NCBI GenBank assembly: GCA_964016885.1
Contig: OZ024743.1
Coordinates: 293,880,001-293,944,000, forward strand
Direction of reading: 5' to 3'
Length of the DNA stretch: 64,000 nucleotides
Origin: Eledone cirrhosa
Taxonomy: Eukaryota
Both the position numbers and the translations under genes were made by a program. Under the pieces are notes generated by a model. It was not told the origin of the DNA, did not search any database, and worked only from the letters and a program-made list of their open reading frames with translations. Shown one piece after another: positions 28,058-40,705 of the stretch (the first letter of the stretch is position 1; every line of letters begins with the position of its first letter).

Positions 28058-28099
28058 TCTCCACATAGCCATCATCAACAAGAGCAGAAACAATCATCG

Positions 28100-29340
28100 T
28101 TATTACTTCATCATGATAACAATCATCATAATATTGCTGCTTCTCCCCCTTCTCCCCTCCTCTTCCCCTCCTCTTCTTCTACTTCCTCTTCTACTTCCTC
28201 TTCATAATTATCGTCGTCGTTGCCAACGTCACCGTTATCGTTATTCTATTCAACATCAACTTTATCACCATCATCATCATCACCGTTATTGCTATCATCA
28301 CCATCATATTCACAAAATCGCGATCGACATTATCATCATCACCAACAATGCCACCATTATCATTGTCACCATCACCATCATCAGCATCATCACCATCATC
28401 ACTCGCACGTTCATCAAAACCATCATCACCCCTCCATGCCCCATCATCACCAGCGCCATTATCAAGAGCACTATAGTAACCAGCATCATCGTCATCATCA
28501 TCATCATCATCATCATCAACATCATCGTCATCATCAACATCATCATCACCAGCATTGTCACCATCATCTGCATCAAAACCATTACCATCATCACTATCAC
28601 TGACATCACCATCACCTTCATCAAAACCATTACCAGCATCATCATCATCACCAGCACCACTATCATTAGCACTATAGTCACCAGCATCATCGTCACATCA
28701 TCATCACCATCATCACCAGCAGTGTCACCAGCATCATCATCACCAGCAGTGTCACCAGCATCATCATCACCAGCAGTGTCACCAGCATCATCGTCACATC
28801 ATCACCACCATCATCACCAGCAGTGTCACCAGCATCATCGTCACATCATCACCACCATCATCACCAGCCGTGTCACCAGCATCATCGTCACATGATCATC
28901 ACCATCATCACCAGCAGTGTCACCAGCATCATCGTCACATGATCATCACCATCATCACCAGCAGTGTCACCAGCATCATCGTCACATGATCATCATCATC
29001 ATCACCAGCAGTGTCACCAGCATCATCATCACATCATCATCACCATCATCACCAGCAGTGTCACCAGCATCATCGTCACCATCATCACCACCATCATCAC
29101 CAGCAGTGTCACCAGCATCATCGTCACATGATCATCACCATCATCACCAGCAGTGTCACCAGCATCATCATCGTCACATGATCATCACCATCATCACCAG
29201 CAGTGTCACCAGCATCATCGTCACATGATCATCACCATCATCACCAGCAGTGTCACCAGCATCATCATCACATCATCACCACCATCATCACCAGCAGTGT
29301 CACCAGCATCATCACCACTCAGCATCCACAACAGCAGTAA
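28100..29340. repeat. (CAT/CAC)n-derived low-complexity and higher-order minisatellite
   Basis: Recurring ATCATCACCAGCAGTGTCACCAGCATCATCGTCAC units. Confidence 0.9.
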
Positions 29341-29444
29341 TTAGTTGAGATATTGCAGCTACATCAACGGATCAGTAAATTAAGACAAGTTGAGCAGCTG
29401 CGATTGTGTCAATGCAAGTGGAAATAAATGGCTTGTTAACAGAT

Positions 29445-29530
29445 TAGTAGTAGTAGTAGTAGTGGTAGTGGTGATGTTATTGATGGTAGTAGTAGTAGTA
29501 GAAGTAGTGGTAGTGGTGATGTTATTGATG

Positions 29531-29579
<49 letters not shown>

Positions 29580-29668
29580 TAGTAGCAGTAGTAGTAGTAG
29601 TAGTAGTGGTACTGGTGATGTTATTGATGGTAGTAGTAGTTGTGGTGTTGGTGGTGGTAGTAGTAGTG

Positions 29669-29702
<34 letters not shown>

Positions 29703-30540
29703 AAGTAGTGGTAGTGGTAGTGGTGATGTTATTGATGGTAGTAGTAGTAGTGGTGTTGGTGGTGGTAGTAGTAGTGGTAGTGGTGATGTTATTGATGGTA
29801 GTAGTAGTGTTGGCGGTAGTAGTAGTAGTAGTAGTAGTAAAAGTAGTGGTAGTGGTAGTGGTGATGTTATTGATGGTAGTAGTAGTAGGTTGGTGGTGGT
29901 AGTAGTAGTGGTAGTGGTGATGTTATTGATGGTAGTAGTAGTGTTGGCGATAGTAGTAGTAGTAGTAGTAGAAGTAGTGGTGATGTTATTGATTCTGGTG
30001 GTTGTGGTAGTAGTAGTAGTGTTGGTGGCAGTAGTGGTAGTGGTGATGTTATTGATGGTAGTAGTAGTAGTGTTGGTGGTAGTTGTAGTAGTAGGGGTGT
30101 TGTTGTTGTTGATGGCAGTAGTAGTAGTAGTGTTGGTGGCGTTATTATTGATGGTAGTAGTAGTAGTATTAGTAATAGTAGTAGTGGTGGTGGTAATAGT
30201 GTTGTTATTGTTGTTTGTGAAAGAGATGGTGGCGTCTGTGGTGATAGTACTAGTGATGGCGGTGATGGTGTTTGTGATTGTGGTAGTGTTATGCCCTAGG
30301 GTTCGTTGTGTTGTTAATGGTTGTAGTAGTGGTGGTGGTTGTAATAGCGGTGGTATTAATAGTAGTTGAGGTGGTAGTACAAGAATTGGTGGTAGTGATG
30401 TTAGTAATTGTGATGATGTTGGTTGTACTAGGGTGTTGTTAGTGCTGTTGTGATGTGGTGGTAGCAGTAGTAGTGGTAATGATAGTGGTAGAAGTAGTAG
30501 ATGTGTAAATGGGGTGGGATAGTGTTTGTAATAGCATTGA

Positions 30541-30609
<69 letters not shown>

Positions 30610-30646
30610 CAGCAGCAGCAGCGGCAGCAGTAGTAGCAGTAGTATC

Positions 30647-30693
<47 letters not shown>

Positions 30694-30695
30694 AC
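29445..30695. repeat. (GTA/GTG)n-derived low-complexity tract
   Basis: (GTA)n with recurring GTGGTGATGTTATTGATG. Confidence 0.9.
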
Positions 30696-30809
30696 ACAGT
30701 GGTACACGGATAGTGACATGAGTTGTGGTAGTGTTGAGTGCGGCGGTAGTAATATTGTCGATAGTGGTGGTATTGCTGGAGAAAAGCATCAACATTTTCT
30801 TTTTCTTTT

Positions 30810-30985
30810 CCTTCTTCTTCGCCCACTTATTCCTAGGAGGGTCATGGGAGGAGTCTCATCAAACACGCCTTCCAGCGAGTTTTGTCAGAATCAACTTTTC
30901 CGGGCTGGATCGCCAAGCAGGACCAGCTGAGCACATGGATGTTTTCAACCATTTTCTCGGGTCTACTTTTGGGTTCCCTGCCGAT
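30810..30985 (-). mobile_element. RTE LINE 3' tip, related to 4560-4760
   Basis: GCCCACTTATTC..GGGTCATGGGAGGAGTCTC..AAACAC is shared with 4567-4615. Confidence 0.6.
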
Positions 30986-31444
30986 GTATCAATAGTTTCC
31001 TTTCTTAAATAATATAATTAAGTGCACATTGGTACACAAGTATTAAAACCTTCAAGTTTAACAAATGCTGAAATCTTAATTGTATTGCTTGTTTTCATTG
31101 AAAAACGATCGAGCGCAGTTCTGTGTACCTAGGGTACATACAATGAATTTCTTTCCCGTCTATCCGTCGTTGATATACTGAAGGATGTAGCTTTAGCAAG
31201 TATCTTGATTTTAGAACTACTTGTCCGCTCTGAATAATTGTGTGTTGCACAGGATGCAGAATATGAATTCAGAACGCATAGAGCTATGAAGCTTTACACC
31301 AAAGCATGACACCTGAGGCTCTTCACAATTCTGCCTATTGAAAACTAGTACTTAATTTGTCGAAAAGAGGAATGGCTACGTAGGCCTTGAGTGCAGAGTG
31401 TGAGGAACAACCAGCTACTGTGCGATGTGATGCTGTTATTGTTA

Positions 31445-31660
31445 TTAATTGGTGGAATCGTATGAGCCTCGGACAAAATGCTTTGCAGGCATTAATTATG
31501 GCCTCTTATGTTCTGAGTTCAAATCCTCCCGAAGTCAACTTTACCTGTCATCCTCTCGGGGTGACTAAAATAAAGTACCAGTCACGTACTACTGTCGATA
31601 TAATGAACGATCCCTTCACATAAAAATTGTCGGCGTTGTTGTTAAATTAGAAACTATTAT
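31445..31660 (+). mobile_element. Degenerate main tRNA-SINE
   Basis: TTCTGAGTTCAAATCC..AACTTTACCTGTCATCC..AAAATAAAGTACCAGT..TTAGAAACTATTATT. Confidence 0.7.
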
Positions 31661-31859
31661 TTTCCGCTGAGGTTAACTTCGCGTTCCACCTATACAGGAT
31701 CGATAAACGATAATTACGTCTCTAAAATTCTAAAAAGAAACGGAGGCGACACACCTGCTCCTCCACATTCACAACTGAAAGCAAACAGAAAGTCTCCAAA
31801 GAGCAACATCACCGTCAATACCACTGCCAACACCACCACTACAGAAATAACCAGCTGAC

Positions 31860-32268
31860 TGATGACAGGCACTTACTTTTTCGGCCACGCCCTGATCAAT
31901 CTTTTCTAGTTGCACTTGGAAAGGAACATGAGGGTAGAACGGGAAGAGCTGACTTCTAGTACATTTGTTAAAAGGTGGGTGAATGCAATGAGAATGGCCT
32001 GAGAGGATGGGCTTACTCTTGCCATCCGCCTGCAGACTGAAGAGTTTAGCGAGGTGTGCGACACCTGTCGAGTATGCTCTTGGAACATTAGCGGGTTCTT
32101 AAGTTACCCCTAGGTAGGGCTATCCCATATTGAGGAATTATATTATTAATTTATTGTTACCTGTTTCCTGTTATTTTTATTCGCGTACTTTGTAAATCCC
32201 CACACTCCCTGTTTTGTGCTGTCCTATATGTTTTGGCTCAAGGGGATAATAAAGTAACATAATAATAG
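31860..32268 (+). mobile_element. Old 5'-truncated Tx1-like 3' fragment, opposite in orientation to the array
   Basis: Translation TYFFGHALINLF*LHLERNMRVEREEL..STFVKRWVNAMRMA matches the array ORF2 C-terminus; ends in AATAAA. Confidence 0.75.
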
Positions 32269-32269
32269 A

Positions 32270-32595
32270 TATGGTTTCTGATTTAGGCGCAAGGTCAGCA
32301 AAATGTTGGGAAAGGAAATCGATTAAATCGACCCCAGGGCATTATTTTATCGAACCCGTAAGGATGAAAGGCAAAGCTAACCTCGGCAGGATTTGAACTT
32401 AGAACGTAAAGGGACGCAACTATCTGTCACGAAGAAAGAGTATCCGACGACCAAATGATGCTGCCGATCCTAATAATAATAATAATAATAATAATTGTTT
32501 CTACTTTTGGCACAAGGCCAGCAATTACTCGATGCATTACGCGTACTTTATTCTATCCACCCGGAAGGAAGAAAGGTAAAGTTAACCTCGGCGGC
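32270..32595 (-). mobile_element. Two main-SINE fragments with ATT tails
   Basis: Reverse-complement SINE motifs; 32493-32595 follows (AAT)n. Confidence 0.7.
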
Positions 32596-32667
<72 letters not shown>

Positions 32668-32925
32668 CTTTCTTTATTAACCACAAGGGTTTACACAAAG
32701 TAAGACATTAAGGACAATACAGGACAATACAGGACGGTACAAATTGGCATTTCTGCGTGTAAAAAACCCCCCAAAACAGAGGATGTAACAAAAAAAGAAA
32801 CAATGGAAAATTCCCCAATAGGGAGGAGACTTCCGAGGGACATTCGTGGAGAAAGCCCATTAAAAAAGCCACGGTGATCCTGACCACCAGGGCAAGTGCC
32901 CTCTCCCAAGTTTTACACCTTCAAT

Positions 32926-35900
32926 TTACAGGCACATACTCACACGGGCCATTCTTGCCTCTCTCACCCATCTTTCAACAAAATGCTGGGAAGAGAGCAC
33001 TTCCCTCTCTACCCTGATTTTCCTTTTCAAATGAAATTTGAAATAGTTAATCAGGGCATCACCAAAGAGGTAAGTGCTCGTCTTCAGCCCTTTCAAACGC
33101 GTCCACCATATTACCTCTTTCGCCATGGCTACCAGACAGATAAAAACTGCCTGTCCTTCTCGGCTAAAGGGAGAGGGCGGGGAAATCCTCACGATGGACT
33201 CAGCTGATAGCCGGATCCGTACTACACGCGACAGCAGGTGTTCGACATAAACCCACAAGTCAGCAATCCTCGGCTTGCACGCATCTCGGAAATGCCCGGC
33301 TGACGGCACCTCCATGCCTGTAGAGTTTATCCCAAACTGGCAAAGCTCCGGAGTAGCACTGCTAAGCCAGGGATTTCTGGAAGTTGTCCATAGGCCCCGG
33401 CCCGAAGGTTCTTCCGAAGAGATTGACTAGTTGATTTTTGTCGACGCCTAGAGTTTCCCCAAGTACGTCGTCGCTCTTCCCCTCCACTAATCCTCTACAT
33501 AACGCCAAGGTGAAGTTTCCACCGATCACATTGCCCGACTGGTCGAGGGCAGTGAGCGCCTGAAGACGTTCCGGTCTCTAAGCGCACCCTCTCGGTCTTC
33601 GCTTGACCCAGGACTGCAGCTCCGTCAAGGAGACGAGCTGGGGAAAGACGCGTCTAGCAAACGGCGACCACACCTGATTACCGTCGAGGAAGAGGTGGAG
33701 ATGTCGTAGCCTGAGCGCGTGTCTGCGCATCATCAGCCACGGCATTCCCAGCCATCCACGTAGTTGGTGTTGACAGCAGATGGATCGCTTGAAAATCGGA
33801 GCACGTCCCTTCCACATTAAGAGAAAGAGCAAACGCTCCAGCGCAGTCAGGCGAGGCTTAGGACAAGGCATGACGGTCAGGCGGTAGTAGATGACGGATG
33901 CGATGTACGCATTCGCCACCTCCGCTCGACCTTTCAGGGATAGCTTCCTCTTTGGCCATTTCTGGGCGAGAGAAGCCATCCTGCTCGTCACCTCGTCCCA
34001 GTTTTGTCCGGACCAAACCAGACCCCTAGCAATTTAACCGGTCCGTCTGTCCAGCGCCCGACGACGCTGTTGGACGGCATGGACCTTCCTCTCCAGGTGC
34101 TGAGCTGCAGGCCCACCGACTTTTCCTGGTTGACCATTGCTCCTGTCACCGCTTCGTATTCTCTTAACCGATCGCCTAGATGTGTTTGGCGTTCGACACC
34201 ACTACGGTGACATCGTCCGTATATGCTGACACGTATCTTCCGCATCCTAGTTCGCGCAGGACTTCCCTCAACGTCTCCAGTTTTTGCAGTAATGGCTCGA
34301 GAGTCAATACGTACAAGAGGGACGAGAGGGACATCCTTGGCGGACCGAGCGCATGATGTTGAACGGTTTCGAAAGGTGACCGTTCACTCTCACCACAGAG
34401 CAGATGTCACTGTGCATGGCAACGATCCAGCCTCTGAAGACGGGCCCAAAGCCAGACGCCCTCAGGACTTCTGCCAGATAACGATGGTCGACTCTATCGA
34501 AAGCTTTTGACTGTTCTAATTTGATCAAGGACTCACTCGTGTCAAGTTCCCTAGCTACTCTCTCCACGATGTATCGCATGAGGTGGAGGTTATCGTGGAT
34601 GGATCTGTCGGGAATGGCGAAGGACTGCGCTTCTCCCACCAGACCACTAACGACAAGCGCCAACCTCTTTGCTAGCACCTTGAACTCTGTGTTTAGCAGA
34701 GTTATGGGCCTCAAATTATCTACGTTATCCCCCTTGTTCGGATCCTTTCTCAGCAGCGCCAAAGCTCCTCGGCTCACAGAGCTGGGAATTCTCCCGTTCT
34801 GTTGCCAGTTGCAGTAGACGTCCGCCAAGAGGCCTCCGAACAAGTCTGGCATCTGTACGGAAAGTTCATAGGGCAGATCATCCAAACCAGGCGATTTACA
34901 CCTTGTGCAGACAGTCATTGCCTCCCGTACTTCAGCGGCTGTTATCGGCTTTTCGCAACACTCCACCTCAGTGGCCGAGGGCCGCGGCAGTCCGTCGAGG
35001 TAGGCACTAAGGTCCATACCCTCTATCCGGCCCGCCTCTGCCCCTGAACAGCTGAGCGAAGTGTCGCTGAAAAGCTTCACACATTTGCCCGGAATCGAGT
35101 AGCATGCTCCCGTCGTGGTCCACCAAAGACCGGATCGTCGCTTCGTTGCCACGACGCGCCTCCGCCACTCGGGCCCATTGAACGGCTTTCGTCCCCTCGT
35201 GTCTGAGAGCACGCACTCTAGCTCCGACAACGCAGCCTTCGTGCTTTGCATTGAAGAATTTCGCCTTAAGTACGTCGGTCGCGATGCCTTTACTAAGCGC
35301 CTCGTCTACTTTTCTAACTAGTTCTCCCTCTGCTCTATTTTTCTCTATTGCTAAAGCCTTACTAAACCTAATGGACTCTATTCTAATCGTTCTTTTCAGA
35401 GAAAACCACGATTTGTTGTTGACAATGGCCTCCGTCAACGCCCTCTTAACTAGTTTGCTAATTCGGCCTCTGTAGGCCTTGCGCACTGTTAATGAAGCGT
35501 TTAGCTTCCAGTAGCCGGGTCCCTGTCTATGGAGCCTATCTGACTCAACCTCACAGATCACGAATTTGTGGTCCGTGTATTCGACTATTTTGAAATGTGG
35601 ACAGCCTATTCTAGACCTATCTATTTCCCTACAAAATACCCTATCTAGATATGATCTGATGACCCGATGCGGTTTGTCCATGTCCACATTGGCACATTCG
35701 GGATATCCAGACGGTACCTGTCAGACAGTTGAAACCGTCTGAGCAGGTTTGCGAGGCTTTGAAACCCTCCTCCCATATCCGCTAATCCCACACAGTCCCA
35801 GCGTGCATCTAAGATCCTGTTCCAGTCGCCCACTAACACTAAAGAGCGGGCGTTCCAAGAAAGGTCTACAGACGCCGGAAGAAATCAGGCCGCCCTGCTC

Positions 35901-36245
35901 CTGTCGGGGCATAGACGGCCCCTAGCCTGAAAGCTTGCCTGTCTCCCCTGGTCACGTCCAGCACCACCAACTTACCTTCTGAGTCCAGAAAGATGGCCCG
36001 TATGGCGAGATCCGGACCTCTCTGAAAAATCACAGCAACTCCCCCCTCGATTCAGGACGGCTGTGAGATGCGTACACATCGTAGCCGCCGAAGATCGGTG
36101 TGAAGGCTCGTGCTTCTGAGATTTTGGTGTCGTGGATGGCCACCACATCTATGTTTAGTGACCTGAGGTCGTTGAGCAGGTGGCCCTGCTTCCATGTCGA
36201 CCCCAGGCCACGCGCATATATGCTGCCTATTATGAGTACAGTCAT
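32926..36245 (-). pseudogene. E1 ORF2 (APE endonuclease, RT, CCHC), multiply frameshifted
   Basis: Fragments with GDWN, YLDR, TDH, KAFDRVDH and SVRQGCP, collinear with the intact ORF2s. Confidence 0.9.
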
Positions 36246-36249
36246 GTTG

Positions 36250-38468
36250 AAAAGGAGTGGAAAACGATGGGAAAGACCACTTCTCGTAGAGGAAGGATGG
36301 TTTCTCCATCTTTCTCACTGCTTGTGGCCTCCTCCGGAAGGATGTCCTTATAAATCCTCCTGGAGAGTGTTTGTCGGAAGTCCCCGATGTCCTTGGGGAA
36401 TTTTTGTTTTAGTGTCGTATACGTTTTCTGTGTGATGCGAGTGATTTGTATGTGTGGAGGTGATGTGAATGTTTGGGGTGGTGTGTAGTATTTTTCTGTG
36501 AAGCTGGTGTTGTGTTGGATGTAGTATAATAATTGGTTGTTGTTCAAATTTAATGCTGTGTAGTGTGTATCGTTTTGGTTGTGTTTGTTGTGGGTTTGTT
36601 TCTGTTTCGCTTTTTGGTGATTTTTGTGGTGTTGGTGATGGTGTTATTGCGGTTAATGATGGTGATGGTGTTGGTGTTTGTGGTGATGGGGTTGGTGATG
36701 CATAGCTGTGTTAACCTTTTTGTTTGTTTGCTTATTTGTTTCCACCTGCATTTTGTTTTTGGAGGGTGAAGGAAGAGATATTATTTCTTTTTTGGGCGGT
36801 GGATTGGCAGTATCGGTAGAGGGTCGGACGCCATGCTTTCCAGCATAGTTACGTCCCTTTACGATCTGAATCCAAATCCCGCCGAGGTTGACTTTGCCTT
36901 TCATCCTTACGAGGTCGAATAAAATAAAGTACCAGTAATGCACTGGGTAATTGCTGGTCTTGTGCCTAAAGTAGAAACAATTATTTCTTTTTTGGGTTCT
37001 TTTTTTGTTTTTCTTTTTTTCTGATACAGTTTCCCACTCCTCTCATCGTCACAATGTTTCCAGTTGTCATAGGTCGGGGAGTAGAAAATCCGCCACAGGC
37101 ATTGGTTTTGGTTGTGGCGAGGTGGATCGTGGAGACGCTGGAGCTAATTCTGGCGCGGTGGGTGGTATTGGTGTTGATTTTACTACAGTTGCTGGGATTG
37201 TTGCTGCTACATTTGCTTCTGTTGTTGCTGCTACAGTTGTTGCTACCATTTCTGCTGCTGGTGGTTTTGATGGTTGAATTTTTGGGGTGGGTAGGAAAAG
37301 TGGCCTCAACTTTTTAGCTTGTGGGCAGAGAGCCTTTAGGGGGGTTCCTTCGCCACAAACGACACATCTAGGCCTTCTACCCTCAACGATTACGATAAGG
37401 TGGCTACCGTCATTGAGGTCTATCACCTCAGGAATTTCCTCAATGTTTTTTTGTTCCGCTTGGATTAGGAGCTCTATCTAAGATCTGGACCAGTTCTCCT
37501 GCTTTTCTTTTGTTACCTTAATTATTTTCGTGTTGGCCTCGATGCCGGCGAGGACGGCAGCCATTAGCCAGAGAATTTCGATGGCAGGCGGAACCGGGTC
37601 ACCCTGAACTTCACAATAGCTTGGGACGAGTGTGAACTCGTTACTTTTTAATGGGGCCATGGATTGCTCTCTGGCTTCCTGTGGGGTTCCAAAGAACACG
37701 TCCACGGTTCCATATTTCTGCCCACGTCTGATGTGGGTTTTTTTCGCCCAGACGTCCCAAAGCTTTTTGTATTTGGGACTCGGATGCCCGTTCCACTCGG
37801 CGTGATTTTGTGTTTATCGTCCGATATGACACGGTGCATGCTCCATTTTATTAGATGGGGGGTGGGGTGGGGCTGACCCTGTAGCTATCTTTTTTTACCA
37901 TTCGCTTGGCTTCATTTAATTCATCCTAGCTTACCTCGATTGTTTAGCTCCTCTTGGCTGCGTTGGCAAACGACACATTTTGTTTTGCGCTGGTGTTGTT
38001 GTTGTTATTCTCATTGTTGTTATTGTTGTTGCTGTTGTTGTTAATGTTATTTTTAGTTTCAGTTGTGGTGCAGGTGGTGGTGGTGTCAGTGGTGTTCGGC
38101 GTGGAAGAGTCGATTCTGGGTGAATCCATTTCGATGTCACGAGATAATAATTTATTTTTGCGGGTTTCTGTTGTTGCTGTGGTGGTGGTGGTGGTGGTGG
38201 TGGTGGTGATGGTGGTGGTGGTATTAGTGGTGTTCGTTGTTCTTTTTGACATTGTGGTGGTGGGGGTAGCGGCTTTAACACCTGCAGTTATTGGTAATGG
38301 CGGGAAATCCATGTCTTTATGCGGCAAATCTAAATAATTGAGACTGCTATTAATTATATTTTCAGTGTTGGCAACCGTGGCAAGGCTTACAATGGTGTTG
38401 GTGGTGGTGGTGGTGGTGGTGGTAGAGAGTGATGTTGGTCTGTTAAAAACAGAAGATTTGTCGTCCAT
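36250..38468 (-). pseudogene. E1 ORF1, disrupted by frameshifts and a SINE insertion
   Basis: Fragments SYRTINTKSRRVERA..QIQKALG, VEGRRPRCVVCG and KQKFPKDIGDFR. Confidence 0.85.
36794..36985 (+). mobile_element. Main tRNA-SINE inserted in E1 ORF1; 17-bp TSD ATTATTTCTTTTTTGGG (36780-36796 and 36980-36996)
   Basis: Full SINE with an exact flanking duplication; the homologous site in E5 (~63935-63960) is empty. Confidence 0.92.
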
Positions 38469-38715
38469 GTTTTTTTCAAAGAAATATTTTGTTTGATAAA
38501 TAACAAGTGTAAATTTTTGTCTCAAAGCCCCAATATTTTTGAATGTCCTTTCCAGAAAGTAATATATGTGAACTTCTAAACAGTTAACAACAAAAACTTT
38601 CCATAAGTGGCAATTTGAAACAACTGAAAACAACAAATCTTTGCGGAGCTCACGGTAACACGATTTCCTACGTAGGTCACCAATAATAATAATAATATTA
38701 ATAATAATGATAATA

Positions 38716-39800
38716 TTAAAGAAATGGATAGGAAGACTAGGAAGCTATTGATATCTACAACATGTTCCACAAGAGGAGTGATGTCGATAGACTCTACTTA
38801 AAGAGATCTGAAGGTGGAAGAGGTCCTATCAGCATAGAGGACTGTGTTCAGATGGAGAAAAACAACCTGCACGAATATGTGACTGACAGTAGGGAGTCAA
38901 TGCTCAAAATTGTACTGAAGGAGAAGACAATAGACCAGGGGATGTCCAAGCAGGAAATAACAACAAGGAGGAAGAGCAAACTTCATGAAAAATTCCTTCA
39001 TAGCACCTTCTTTAAAAAAACGGAATTTAGAGATCCACAGACATGGAACTGATTAAAAAGAGGAGACCTTAAAAAAGCTACAGAAGGAATGCTACGCAAG
39101 AGCAAGCCCTCATAACGAAGTGGGTGAAACACCATATTTACAAGGAGGAGGCTAGCTCACTCTGTAGGATCTGTGGAGAGAGAAAGAGGAAACTGTGGCT
39201 CACATTGTATCCGAGTGTAAACACCTAGCCCATACTCACTATAAAGGCTGGGAACATGATGTGATAAGCAGGGTGTTCCACTGGCATCTATGCAAAGTAA
39301 GAAATTTACCACATTCTGAGAAGTGGCATGAGCACATCCAGAGTTAGTGATAGAAAACGATCAGGTGAAGGTGCTATGGGATTTTAGGATACAGACGGAT
39401 AAGAAACTGGTACACAATAGGCCTGACCTGGTGGTTTTGGACAAGGAAGAAAGATTGCGCCTGATTGTAGATATAGCCTGCTCATTTGACACGAGAGTGC
39501 AAGAAAAGAAGAGCGAGAAAATTACAGTGGGAGTTAAAAAGGATTTGGAACTGCCATGAAATCAAGGTTGTACCGATTGTCATAAGCGCACTAGGTACTA
39601 TCTCAAAGAGTTTCCAAGTATAGTTAAAGAAGATTAGTCCAGCCCAGCTCCGCTTTTTGGAACGCTTCAAAAGGCCTGCTTGCTGGGAACAGGAAGAACC
39701 CTCCGATATGTCCTGAATATCTGAGGCTGCAGGTAGTGGCTTGATATTCATTTCAATAAACTTTCCAGTTAAATAACATCAATGTCTGAGACTCAAAGAA
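38716..39800 (+). mobile_element. R4/Dong-clade (RLE) retrotransposon, 5'-truncated and decayed
   Basis: Motifs MDRKTRKLL, DVDRLYLKRSEGGRG, QEQAL, CRICGE..ETVAHIVSEC and LWDFRIQTDKKLVHNRPDLVVLDKE..IVDIA (PD..D RLE); (TAA)n on both sides. Confidence 0.85.
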
Positions 39801-39819
39801 CAATAATAATAATGATAAT

Positions 39820-40705
39820 AATAATTGTTTCTACTTTTGGCAAAAGGCCAGCAATTATCCAGTACATAACTGGTATTTTATTTTATCGACCCCATAAGGA
39901 TGAAAGCAAAGTTTTCCTCGGCGGGATTACAACTCAGTCCGTAAAGGGACGGAGCTGTGCTGCAAATCATGGCGTCCGACCCGCTACCAATACTGCAAAT
40001 CCATCGGGTAAGGCGGAAAGGCAAAGTTAAACTCGGCGGATTTGAACTCATAATAATGATTATTATTTTATACGGTGGATTGGCAGTATTGGTAGAGGGT
40101 CGGGCGCGATGCTTTGAAGCATAGAGTTACCTCCCTTTATGATTTGAGTTCAAATCCCGCCGAGGTTAACTTTGCCTTTCATCCTTACGGGATCGATAAA
40201 ATAAAGTACCAGTAATACACTGGGACAATTGCTGGCCTGGTGCCAAAAGTAGAAACAATTATTATTATAATTATAGGGCGGTGGATTGGTAGTATCGGTA
40301 GAGGGTCGGATGCCATGCATGCTTTAACGCATAGAGTTACGGCCCTGGGCCATTCTCAGTTCAAATCCCGCCGAGGTTAACTTTGCTTTTCATCCTTACG
40401 GGGTCGATAAAATAAAGTACCAGTAATGCACTGGGTAATTGCTGGCCTTGTGCCATAAGTAGAAACAATTATTATTATAATTATGTTCATGGATTGGCAG
40501 TATCGTTAGAGCGTCGGACAAAGTGTCATATGATATTTGCTTACAGCTTTTTACTTTCTTAGTCCAAATTCCACCGATGAGAACTTTATCTTTCATATTT
40601 ATGATATAAACAAAATTAAGTACTAGTCAAGCACTGGGGTCAATACAACCGAGTTACCACTATCCCCCAAATGTCTAGCTATGCGTAAATAGGAAACAGT
40701 TATAA
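39820..40705. mobile_element. Cluster of about five main-family SINEs (minus 39820-40050; plus 40072-40262, 40276-40475, 40490-40705)
   Basis: Repeated A box, B box, central domain and tail motifs joined by (ATT)n. Confidence 0.85.

Larger units (their letters stand above)
32667..38681 (-). mobile_element. Tx1/L1-like non-LTR retrotransposon E1, full length but decayed
   Basis: Fragmented ORF1 (ATG at 38468) and ORF2 (36245-32926), AATAAA 3' end, and (AAT)n on both sides. Confidence 0.92.

Noticed and set aside
28113-30826. His/Ile/Val/Thr-rich ORFs and an apparent CAT versus GTA strand mirror
   Set aside because: Trinucleotide low-complexity DNA that is open in several frames; the two tracts are not true reverse complements
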